Shown one piece after another: positions 47,975 to 56,515 of a DNA stretch of 64,000 nt. Source of the stretch: Candidatus Gastranaerophilales bacterium (lineage in GTDB: Bacteria; Cyanobacteriota; Vampirovibrionia; Gastranaerophilales; Gastranaerophilaceae). Numbering within the stretch: the first letter of the stretch is position 1; every line of letters begins with the position of its first letter. Under the pieces are notes generated by a model that saw nothing but the letters and a program-made list of their open reading frames with translations, did not search any database and had not been told where the DNA came from. Location of the stretch: positions 763 to 64,762 of the forward strand of contig CALUXV010000004.1 of the NCBI GenBank assembly GCA_944324835.1. Reading direction: 5' to 3'. The position numbers and the translations under genes are program-made.

Positions 47975-48750
47975 AAATAGGTATTTTAGGCTTAGGTTTA
48001 ATCGGCGGCTCAATATTTAAATCATTACAAGCGTTAAATTATGACGTAATCGGAATATCATCTTCTCAAGGAGAGAAATACGATTATATTTATTCTGACA
48101 GAAGTAAATTATCAAGCTGTAATTTAGTATTCGTATGTTCTCCCATGAACAAAGTTCTTGGCGATTTAAGAGATATTGAACCGTATTTATCAGAAGATAC
48201 AGTAGTTTCTGATGTATCCAGTTTAAAAGAATTTGTATCTAATGAGAAATATAAATACAATTTTGTACCTTCTCATCCAATGGCAGGAACCGAGTTTTCA
48301 GGATTTGAAAACTCATTTGAAGGATTATTTAAAGGAGCCAAATGGGTTGTGACACCTATTGATGGAGTTGTTCCTGATATTTTAGGAAAAGTTATAACCG
48401 ATTTGGGAGCAAAAATTGTTGTTACAACCCCAAAAGAGCATGATGAAGCAGCAGCATTAATTTCTCACATGCCGCTGGTTTTATCTCAGGCTTTATTTAT
48501 GACCGCTGATGATAATGAACTTGCAAAAAAACTTGCGTCATCAGGATTTAGAGATATGACAAGACTTGCTTTATCAAGCGAAGAAATGGCTTGCGATATG
48601 GTTAAGATAAATCATGAAAACATTCAAAAAGCACTATTAAAATTATATTCTAATATTGGATGTCTGATAAAAGAAAATTATCCGGATTCAATACACAAAA
48701 TTAAAGAATCACGTGATGCGATGTACAAAGACGGAATAAATATTTATTAA
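47971..48750 (+). CDS. tyrA: Prephenate/arogenate dehydrogenase
   Basis: 259 aa. 'IGILGLGLIGGS', 'SHPMAGTE', 'HDEAAALISHMP'. Overlaps proA by 4 nt. Confidence 0.8.
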   Translation: MKIGILGLGLIGGSIFKSLQALNYDVIGISSSQGEKYDYIYSDRSKLSSCNLVFVCSPMNKVLGDLRDIEPYLSEDTVVSDVSSLKEFVSNEKYKYNFVPSHPMAGTEFSGFENSFEGLFKGAKWVVTPIDGVVPDILGKVITDLGAKIVVTTPKEHDEAAALISHMPLVLSQALFMTADDNELAKKLASSGFRDMTRLALSSEEMACDMVKINHENIQKALLKLYSNIGCLIKENYPDSIHKIKESRDAMYKDGINIY

Positions 48751-48751
48751 T

Positions 48752-50845
48752 TTATTCTTCCGGTTCTTTAAGTACATTTTCCCAATGGTGCATACTATCG
48801 ATGATTGGTTCAGCTTCAGAGTATGCTTTTTCACGGGATTTAATATTCTTTGCAACATCCATTCCGGCTTTTGCTCTAACAGCCAACGAAACAAGTTCCG
48901 GCATATTCATGACAGGTTTAGCTTCTGAAATAAGATTTTTATGATACCTGTCTTCATAATCTTCTGTTAATCTTGGTTTCCAGGTATCAGGGCTGTTATC
49001 TCTTGGATTATATGTTTTATTAATTGCAAATAAATCAGAGAATGTAAATTGAATATTTTGTGTGCCGCGCATTAATTCAGCATATTTAGCTTTTAATCGT
49101 GTTCTTGGATTTCTTCTGATATTATCCGTAAATCTTTCTCTTTCATTTTCTTTTTCAGGGTCAGGACAGAGGAATCCTCCGAGATACTCAGGCATCCAGC
49201 CAGTACTTCCATTGTTATTTGGGTCATTAATCCAGCTTTGGTTTAAATATTCTGCAGTCGGGATATTATCATGAGAACCTATTAAACTCCAATCCGGTTT
49301 TGGAACTGTTTTTTCCCAGATTTCTTGTCCGCTGCCATTTTTTCTGATTTCACCATTTTCTTCCCTTACAGGAGCCCAATCAAAACAGAGGTCTTGCGTT
49401 CTTGAACCTGTTGTAACAATGATTCCCGGGAGTTGTTCTTCATTTTCAAATATCCATTTAAATGTATCTGATTGTTCTCCAAGATTTTCCCAAACAGCTT
49501 CTTTAGGATTAATACCATTTTCCTTTAGTGCCGGAATTACAATATTATGAAGAATTTTTCTATAATTCCCGTCAGGATCAGCCTCTTTAATATTTGAAAG
49601 ATTACCGCCCCATAACTGACTTCTGTCAGCAATGTTGTGTGTTCTGCCATCTTGAACACCTACAACCATATGAACAGTATCAGCCTTATAAACATAAGGA
49701 TCAACAAGCCCCATAACATTATCAACTCTTATATTTTCGACATTTTCTGTTGCCCGTTTGACTTTGTTATAAAGGAGTTTTCCTGATACACCTAATGTAC
49801 CGTCTTCATTAAACAATTTTTTTGGATCAGGCAGAGGATTATTCCATATTTGAGGAGAGTTGCAAGGACCGCCATATTCTGCACCTATTTTCCAACCCGG
49901 AGAGAATGCATCTTCATGAGCCCATTCATCCGCATATGAGAATCCAACTAATAAATCGCCGATATACTTAATACCATCTTTATCACGTTCTAATTTATCT
50001 GCTTTTTCTTGTTTATCTACAAGAAACTGGGTAAACATATATTCATTAATATCTTTTTCCGAACGTTCTGTAATTGTATTCCATCTGTCTTGAGCATCAG
50101 CATTTCCACGTTTTTGCAAAGTAACAAGATGTTTATCTACAGGGTTATCCCAGATATGGAAATTATCCGTTTCATGAATATCGGATAAAACATGGAATAC
50201 TGCATATTTCTTTATCCAGTCATTATTTTCTTTTTTAAATTCATTAAATTCGTTATTTAACTTTTGAGCTTTAATATCACCATTTTCTAATTTGTTCTGG
50301 AAATTATTATAAGCTTTATCCATCAAAATCCGATTAACTTCTTTTGCTTCGTCAAAATCAGACATTTCATAATTTTTACCTGATGGTTCCGGTTTAATAT
50401 TAATTTCTTCAATATCTTTTTTAGATAAAATATTTGCATATTTATCTGTTGTAAGTTCCCCATAGTTTATAAATATAGGATTTTTAGCATAAATAGATGC
50501 ACGGTAAGGAGAATTATCTCCTTTACATAGTTCACCATTCGGACCTAGTTGTACACAATTAAATCCATGCATCTTAGCCATTTTATTAAAATCTCTTTGA
50601 TTATAAGGAGAGCCAACATAATGATTTCTTATAATCGGATCTTTGGTGTAGTAGTTTTTTGCTCCGGCCTTTGAATCAGGATAAACAGAACCGTGAATAA
50701 TTAATGCACGATTTTTAACCCCCAAATAATCAAAAGCTTTGTTCATATCAGCTTCCATTTGAGGTTTTTCTTCTTCTTTAAGCTTACGCTTAAAATTAAG
50801 ATTAGAAGAACACATTGTATTATAACTGAACACACCTAACTTCAT
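48752..50845 (-). CDS. malQ: Divergent GH77 4-alpha-glucanotransferase-like protein
   Basis: 697 aa. GH77-like catalytic contexts 'IRVDNVMGL', 'ENLGEQ', 'GSHDN', and 'IGDLLVGFSYADEW'. Carries an N-terminal ~35-aa extension. Confidence 0.6.
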   Translation of the reverse strand: MKLGVFSYNTMCSSNLNFKRKLKEEEKPQMEADMNKAFDYLGVKNRALIIHGSVYPDSKAGAKNYYTKDPIIRNHYVGSPYNQRDFNKMAKMHGFNCVQLGPNGELCKGDNSPYRASIYAKNPIFINYGELTTDKYANILSKKDIEEINIKPEPSGKNYEMSDFDEAKEVNRILMDKAYNNFQNKLENGDIKAQKLNNEFNEFKKENNDWIKKYAVFHVLSDIHETDNFHIWDNPVDKHLVTLQKRGNADAQDRWNTITERSEKDINEYMFTQFLVDKQEKADKLERDKDGIKYIGDLLVGFSYADEWAHEDAFSPGWKIGAEYGGPCNSPQIWNNPLPDPKKLFNEDGTLGVSGKLLYNKVKRATENVENIRVDNVMGLVDPYVYKADTVHMVVGVQDGRTHNIADRSQLWGGNLSNIKEADPDGNYRKILHNIVIPALKENGINPKEAVWENLGEQSDTFKWIFENEEQLPGIIVTTGSRTQDLCFDWAPVREENGEIRKNGSGQEIWEKTVPKPDWSLIGSHDNIPTAEYLNQSWINDPNNNGSTGWMPEYLGGFLCPDPEKENERERFTDNIRRNPRTRLKAKYAELMRGTQNIQFTFSDLFAINKTYNPRDNSPDTWKPRLTEDYEDRYHKNLISEAKPVMNMPELVSLAVRAKAGMDVAKNIKSREKAYSEAEPIIDSMHHWENVLKEPEE

Positions 50846-50979
50846 ATTTTTATTAAAACAAACTAATACTATTTTTTGCCAGTTTGTAACGAATTCTTAA
50901 TAAACCTTGTATAAAAATAGTTATATCTACTCATACTTATGACTATTGTCATTAATTAAAAAAGCATAATAATACTAAT

Positions 50980-52341
50980 ATGAATATTGTTATAATAGGC
51001 GGAGTTGCGGCAGGAGCAAAAGCTGCCGCCAAATCCAGACGGTTACTCCCGGATGCCAAAATAGATATTTATACGGAAGATACGCACGTATCTTATTCTG
51101 CTTGCGGACTTCCTTATTATATTCAGGGGAATTTTGATGATTATAAAAAACTGATTGTAAGAACCCCCGAAGAATTTGCAAAGAGTAATATTAATGTACA
51201 TTTGCAAAACCGTGTAATAAAAATTATCCCCAAAACACAAAAAATTATTGTTAAAGACTTAACAAATGATGTAGAGTTTCCTGTAGCTTATGACAAACTT
51301 GTTATTGCAACAGGTGCACAACCGTTTATGCCAGATATAAAAAACATTCATTTGCCAAATGTATATAAAGTAAGAACTATAGAAGACGGTATAGCTATTA
51401 AAGAAGCAATGAAAAGCGCAAAACATATAACAATTGTCGGCGGCGGATATATTGGCATCGAAATTTTAGAAGCTACAGTAAAAAATAATATACCTACAAC
51501 ATTAATAGAATCATCACCGCATGTTATGTCAATCTTTGATGATGACATTGCAAAACTAATAACAGAATATATTTTATCAGCAAGCGGTGATTTCGCAACA
51601 ATTATAACAAATGATTCAGTTATCTCATTCAATGGACAGGATAAAGTAAATGAAGTTGTAACAGCAAACGGAGAAAAATTTTATACCGATATGGTTATCA
51701 TGTGCGCAGGTGTAAGACCAAGAGTAGATATTGCGCAAGAAGCCGGTATTACTATTGGAGTTACCGGAGCAATAAAAGTAAATAGCCGTATGGAAACAAA
51801 TATTGAAAATATTTATGCCTGCGGAGATTGTGTGGAAGAAACAAATATTATCTCACACAGGCAAATGTGGCTGCCTCTTGGTACAAATGCAAATAAAGAA
51901 GGAAGATGCGCTGCTGTTAATCTTGCAGGATATATTGAGGATTTTGAAGGAGTATTGGGTTCTGCCGTCACAAGATATTTAGCACTCACCATTTCTACAA
52001 CCGGATTAACCGATAAAACAGCCTCTGAATGGGGATTTGATCCGGTATCAGTAATACTTACCAAAAAAGATAAAGCAGGTTACATGCCGGAAGTTCAAAA
52101 TGTTACAATTAAACTTATTGCAGATAAAAGAACCCATAAATTATTGGGAGGACAAGCTATAGGCTGCGGAGATGCCGATAAAAGGATTAATACACTTTCA
52201 ATAGGACTTCTCAACGGACTTACTGTTGAAGAACTTGCTGGAGCAGATATGACTTATGCACCTCCGTTTTCAACAACAATTGACCCTTTATTATCCGCAG
52301 CAAGGTTATTGATTGATAAATTAAATAAAGGAAAAAAATAA
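50980..52341 (+). CDS. CoA-disulfide reductase / NADH oxidase family flavoprotein
   Basis: 453 aa. 'IVIIGGVAAGAKAA', redox Cys context 'SYSACGLPYY', second Rossmann motif 'IVGGGYIGIE'. Confidence 0.85.
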   Translation: MNIVIIGGVAAGAKAAAKSRRLLPDAKIDIYTEDTHVSYSACGLPYYIQGNFDDYKKLIVRTPEEFAKSNINVHLQNRVIKIIPKTQKIIVKDLTNDVEFPVAYDKLVIATGAQPFMPDIKNIHLPNVYKVRTIEDGIAIKEAMKSAKHITIVGGGYIGIEILEATVKNNIPTTLIESSPHVMSIFDDDIAKLITEYILSASGDFATIITNDSVISFNGQDKVNEVVTANGEKFYTDMVIMCAGVRPRVDIAQEAGITIGVTGAIKVNSRMETNIENIYACGDCVEETNIISHRQMWLPLGTNANKEGRCAAVNLAGYIEDFEGVLGSAVTRYLALTISTTGLTDKTASEWGFDPVSVILTKKDKAGYMPEVQNVTIKLIADKRTHKLLGGQAIGCGDADKRINTLSIGLLNGLTVEELAGADMTYAPPFSTTIDPLLSAARLLIDKLNKGKK

Positions 52342-52352
52342 AGTATTAAACA

Positions 52353-53345
52353 CTAACTAATCTTACTGTGTTTATTTACAGGTTTTATTCTTTCTGCCCA
52401 GAATGTAGAGATTAAAGGGATAGCAAGATAGTATATTCCTGCCATTATAAGAGTTGGCTTAGCAATTTTAATCCCTTCAATATATTTATTAAGTTTAGGT
52501 TCGCCCTTATTTATTTCTGAAAATTTCTTTATAAATTTTTCTGTAGGTTTATTTAAAAGACCATCTGCAATATAACTTACTCCAATACTCAAACCTGTTG
52601 AAATTGCGGCATTATAGTTTAGTACCTGCTTTCTATTTTCTTTAATTTTTTTATTTTTATTAGTCCGGCGTATAAATGCACCTGTTGCCAGAATATCACC
52701 AATGACCGGAATATGCATTGCATAATTTGAATCTTTGAATTTGTCGGCAAATTTTTGCATTACCGGATTATCCATAGTTTTACCGATACTTTTGGATATT
52801 GGATTTAAACCTTTGAACGAAGGAGTATTATTAACATTTTGACGATTAATTTTAATCTTATCAGACTGAATTTCTTTTTTATTCTTAAAGAATTTATTCA
52901 TAATCGGAGGAATTAATGCACAGGTTAAGATTGATTTTGGAATAGCAAGAACAACACCTAAACCCAGTTTATACAGCTGCGCAATAAACTGATACTTTTT
53001 AGAAGCTGATAAAGGTTTACCTGCTTCTTGCATTTTTTTTATCGTGGCGGGTTTCAAATATTTTGAAGGAGTTTCCTCAATTCCCTTTATCCCTTTTGCA
53101 AGAAGATTTGTTAAACCATATATAATAGTATAATTTATACCGGCTGATGCTATTGATTTTGCACAGGCAAGTTTTTTATTCTCCCTATCAGTCTTTGGTG
53201 TAGCAAGAATTGATAAAGGACGCAGCGTAGAAAACACAAGAGCAGTTCCGGCCATAAATGTTCCGCTTTTATTTGCTGCAAATTCCAATCCCTTGTGTAA
53301 TAGTTTGTTTTTATAAAAACTTTGTCCTGTTAATTTTACATTCAT
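52353..53345 (-). CDS. Hypothetical Lys-rich membrane protein
   Basis: 330 aa with several hydrophobic segments. No family recognised, and no SD before the annotated ATG. Confidence 0.5.
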   Translation of the reverse strand: MNVKLTGQSFYKNKLLHKGLEFAANKSGTFMAGTALVFSTLRPLSILATPKTDRENKKLACAKSIASAGINYTIIYGLTNLLAKGIKGIEETPSKYLKPATIKKMQEAGKPLSASKKYQFIAQLYKLGLGVVLAIPKSILTCALIPPIMNKFFKNKKEIQSDKIKINRQNVNNTPSFKGLNPISKSIGKTMDNPVMQKFADKFKDSNYAMHIPVIGDILATGAFIRRTNKNKKIKENRKQVLNYNAAISTGLSIGVSYIADGLLNKPTEKFIKKFSEINKGEPKLNKYIEGIKIAKPTLIMAGIYYLAIPLISTFWAERIKPVNKHSKIS

Positions 53346-53370
53346 GTATTTTTATTAGATAACATAAATA

Positions 53371-54078
53371 ATGAAAAGTAAAATGAATCTATCAGATATT
53401 AAACATTTTGTAAAATTAGAGTTTTCAGGATGGAATAAATTAGAACTATTCTGGTTTTGTTTTATCCTCGTTATTGTCTTTTTTAATGCGCTGATTTTGC
53501 ATGATAGTCCAATTGCTGTAGTATATGCCATTTGCGGACTGCTTTATACAATAATTGCAGGCAAAGGAAAAATTTCATGTTACTTTTTCGGATTAATAAG
53601 TTCTGTTTTATATAGCTATCTATCACTCAAAAATGCACTATACGGAAATCTTTACCTTAATCTTTTTTATTATATTCCTATGCAAATTCTTGGAATATTC
53701 CAATGGAAAAAACATCTTAAAAAAACTACAAATGAAATATACAAAACAAAATTATCCTCAAAAGAAACTATTTTATTAACATTAATTACTATACCGGCAT
53801 GTATTGCGGTTATATTTTTATTAATTTATTTTAATGATAATAACCCTTTATTCGACGGTATTACAACTGTTTTATCTCTTTTAGCAATGTATCTTACTGT
53901 TAAACGAGCCATTGAACAATGGACAGTATGGATAATAGTAAATGGTTTAACTTTTATTATGTGGCTGAATATAGCACTTAATGGAAGTAAAATCTATTCA
54001 ACAATTCTTGTTTGGTTTATTTATCTTTTACTCGGCATATATTTTTATAATCAGTGGAAAAAAGAATTGACTGATTAA
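53371..54078 (+). CDS. pnuC: Nicotinamide riboside transporter PnuC
   Basis: 235 aa, 7-8 TM. 'YGNLYLNLFYYIPMQILGIFQW' is typical of PnuC. Confidence 0.8.
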   Translation: MKSKMNLSDIKHFVKLEFSGWNKLELFWFCFILVIVFFNALILHDSPIAVVYAICGLLYTIIAGKGKISCYFFGLISSVLYSYLSLKNALYGNLYLNLFYYIPMQILGIFQWKKHLKKTTNEIYKTKLSSKETILLTLITIPACIAVIFLLIYFNDNNPLFDGITTVLSLLAMYLTVKRAIEQWTVWIIVNGLTFIMWLNIALNGSKIYSTILVWFIYLLLGIYFYNQWKKELTD

Positions 54079-54102
54079 TTTTAGTTAATCAATCTTTCAA
54101 CC

Positions 54103-54130
54103 TTGACAAAATAAAAACATATGTTATTAT
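54103..54130 (+). promoter_or_regulatory. Sigma-70-like promoter of trxA
   Basis: TTGACA (54103-54108), 16-nt spacer, TATTAT (54125-54130). A GAATAT[AT][AT] triple repeat follows directly. Confidence 0.55.
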
Positions 54131-54172
54131 GAATATATGAATATTAGAATATAGATATATAGGAGGATTAAT

Positions 54173-54499
54173 ATGACTAACGTAGTTGAACTTAATGATT
54201 TAAATTTTGATAGTGAAGTAAAAGAAAGTAATTTACCGGTATTAGTTGATTTTTACGCAACATGGTGCGGCCCATGCAGAAAACAGCTTCCAATAATGTC
54301 TCAAGTAGCTGAACAATTTACCGGCAGGGCAAAAATCGCTAAAATCAATGTTAATGAAGGACAGGTAAAATCAATGGAATATGGGGTAACAAGCATTCCT
54401 GCATTGATGGTATTTAAAAACGGAAAAGTTGTTGAATCTCTTTCCGGTTTACATTCACAAAATCAACTTACATCAATTTTAAACAAATACACTGCTTAA
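54173..54499 (+). CDS. trxA: Thioredoxin
   Basis: 108 aa. Active site 'WCGPC'. SD AGGAGG. Confidence 0.93.
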   Translation: MTNVVELNDLNFDSEVKESNLPVLVDFYATWCGPCRKQLPIMSQVAEQFTGRAKIAKINVNEGQVKSMEYGVTSIPALMVFKNGKVVESLSGLHSQNQLTSILNKYTA

Positions 54500-54774
54500 G
54501 AGCAGTTGTCACAAATTTTTATATTTTCAAATAATTTTCTAACAGCAGGGTTGTCGATTTTGTAGCATATTTGGTTACCATTCCGGCACCCTGTTATAAT
54601 ATTTGCATTTTTAAGAATATTTAAATGCTGAGAAACTGTTGGTTGTGCAATATTTAACTTCTCAGACATTGTATTAACATTACAACTGTCTTTTTTTAAA
54701 AGCCCGCATACAATTTTTAATCTTAGAGGATGCGATAAAGCTTTAAATATTTCTGCATATTCTTCTGTATTCAT
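54496..54774 (-). CDS. ArsR/SmtB-family transcriptional regulator
   Basis: 92 aa. 'LSHPLRLKIV' and the HTH 'MSEKLNIAQPTVSQHLNILKNANII'. Cys residues are present ('DSCNV', C-terminal 'CDNC'). Confidence 0.85.
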   Translation of the reverse strand: MNTEEYAEIFKALSHPLRLKIVCGLLKKDSCNVNTMSEKLNIAQPTVSQHLNILKNANIITGCRNGNQICYKIDNPAVRKLFENIKICDNCS

Positions 54775-54842
54775 ACATATTAGAATATATGAATATTATA
54801 ATTAAGTCAAATTTGTTATTAGTATTTTCCAATCAAAAACAA

Positions 54843-54881
54843 TAAAAAAAACGGCAAGAACTTGTTTGGAGTTCTGCCGTT
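54843..54881 (-). terminator. Intrinsic terminator of fliC (minus strand)
   Basis: On the minus strand, aacggcagaac / gttcttgccgtt (one bulge) followed by T7. Confidence 0.8.
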
Positions 54882-54956
54882 TCATATCACAATCAACAGC
54901 TAAGTTTAGATTTTTATACTTTTTATTAACTTTCTCATATTTCTTTATCCTATTAA

Positions 54957-56006
54957 TTATAGTAAGTTCAACGCAATTGACGGTGTTTGGTTTGCCGTTG
55001 TCAATAATGTAGCAGATGCTTGTTGAAGTATCTGTGCTGATACATAAGCAGAAGATTCTGCTGCTACGTCTGCGTCTCTTACTGTAGATAAAGATGATGT
55101 CAAGTTATCTGATTGAACTTGTAATGCTTCAGTTGCTGAATCAACTCTGTTTTGAGTAGCACCTAATAATGTTGTTCTATCAGATATATCTGCTAATGCG
55201 TAGTCGATTACCGCTAACATCTGGTTTGCACCGAATGTACCTGCTAAGTCTGTTGCAGTATCAGCAGCTGCAGTAGTTTTATCATTCGGATCAGGAACAT
55301 CTACTTGTCCGTATGCATCACCAACAGTTGCTAAACCTGCGCATAATTTTGCAAAGTCAGTTTTCGTATCTATTGCAGCCATATCTACTTCACGTAAATC
55401 TGAATTAAGAACACCTTCTCCTGTAATAGCAGATGTTCTTTCACCAAAGTTCAGTAATGAAGATGATAAACAAGAACGGAATAAACTTGCATCTAATGTA
55501 ACAACTGAATCGATACTTGAATTGATACCAACCTGCAAATCAAGACCATTTACAGCAATATCAAGATCGTTACCTTGTGCGTCAACACCAGATAACAAGT
55601 ACATACCATTGTACTCAGTGTTTCTTGTTACACGGTCAATTTCATCTAACCTTTGTTCAATTTCTGATTGAAGTGCGATTCTTGAGTCAGTTGCATAAGT
55701 ACCGTTCGCTGCCTGTTCGGTCAAATCTCTGATACGTTGCAAGTGATCTTGAATTACACCATAGTTACCTTCAATAGTATTTAATAATGAACTACCTAAT
55801 TCAGCATTTGATTCTGCTACAGATACTGCACCTAATTTTGTTTCCATTTTGGTTGCAACAGCCATACCAGCTGCGTCATCTGATGCAGAGTTGATTTTGT
55901 AACCGGTAGTCATCCTTTCAATTGATGCATTCAGTGAATTGGTCGCATTGTTCAATGCGTGTTGGGCCTGAAGCGCGCCCATGTTTGTGTTGATTGTGAG
56001 TGCCAT
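54957..56006 (-). CDS. fliC: Flagellin
   Basis: 349 aa. N-terminus 'MALTINTNMGALQAQ...ERMTTGYKINSASDDAAGMAV' and C-terminus 'AQILQQASATLLTTANQTPSIALNLL'. SD AAGGAG. Confidence 0.93.
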   Translation of the reverse strand: MALTINTNMGALQAQHALNNATNSLNASIERMTTGYKINSASDDAAGMAVATKMETKLGAVSVAESNAELGSSLLNTIEGNYGVIQDHLQRIRDLTEQAANGTYATDSRIALQSEIEQRLDEIDRVTRNTEYNGMYLLSGVDAQGNDLDIAVNGLDLQVGINSSIDSVVTLDASLFRSCLSSSLLNFGERTSAITGEGVLNSDLREVDMAAIDTKTDFAKLCAGLATVGDAYGQVDVPDPNDKTTAAADTATDLAGTFGANQMLAVIDYALADISDRTTLLGATQNRVDSATEALQVQSDNLTSSLSTVRDADVAAESSAYVSAQILQQASATLLTTANQTPSIALNLL

Positions 56007-56515
56007 AACCTTTCAATCTCCTTTCGAAATTTATATTAACTTCCTGTTATGTTGTCTTTCCTTATCTGTTTTGCCAAACTAACCCAACACAAACAGTTCG
56101 ACTAATCTCGAAAGTTTTGAGCAATAAGCCAAATTATTATATATTGTGATAGTCTGGATTGTTTTATCAATCTACAAGGAGATGTAAATTGATTTGTGTA
56201 AAAAATTGTAGATAGTTGTTGTTTCGGGCATTACAAAACCCTATGTAATAGTTGTTGTTTAATATAACCTTCGTACTTATTTCTTACATACTCATTCTTG
56301 CATACTTTAATTATTTTGTAAATACTTTTGATATATTTTTGTAACATTTCTTTACATTTTGCATTTTATTTTCACTTTATATTTTGTTCAAAAGACACAT
56401 TATTAGAGGATTTGATACTGTCAAGCAAATTGTAACAAAATTTGTAAACATAATTAAAAATAATTAATTTTTTTATAATTAATCTTCAGATATTTTTATT
56501 TACGCTTTTATTGTT

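Noticed and set aside
26864-53345. Recurrent short peptide [VPL]-[SN]-F-[KG] near the N-termini or inside several hypotheticals ('VSFKAG' in 26864, 'PNFGMAL' in 27446, 'LNFKRK' in the GH77 extension, 'PSFKGL' in 52353-53345) as a possible sorting signal
   Set aside because: With this amino-acid composition a tripeptide like [SN]F[KG] is expected more than ten times by chance among the proteins in the window. The positions are not consistent either, as one is internal.
56007-56300. Sigma-28 (FliA) promoter upstream of fliC
   Set aside because: The best candidates on the minus strand are acagataa (about 75 nt upstream of the fliC ATG) and cccgaaac (forward 56222-56229). Neither has a correctly spaced TAAA -35 element, so I cannot support a call.
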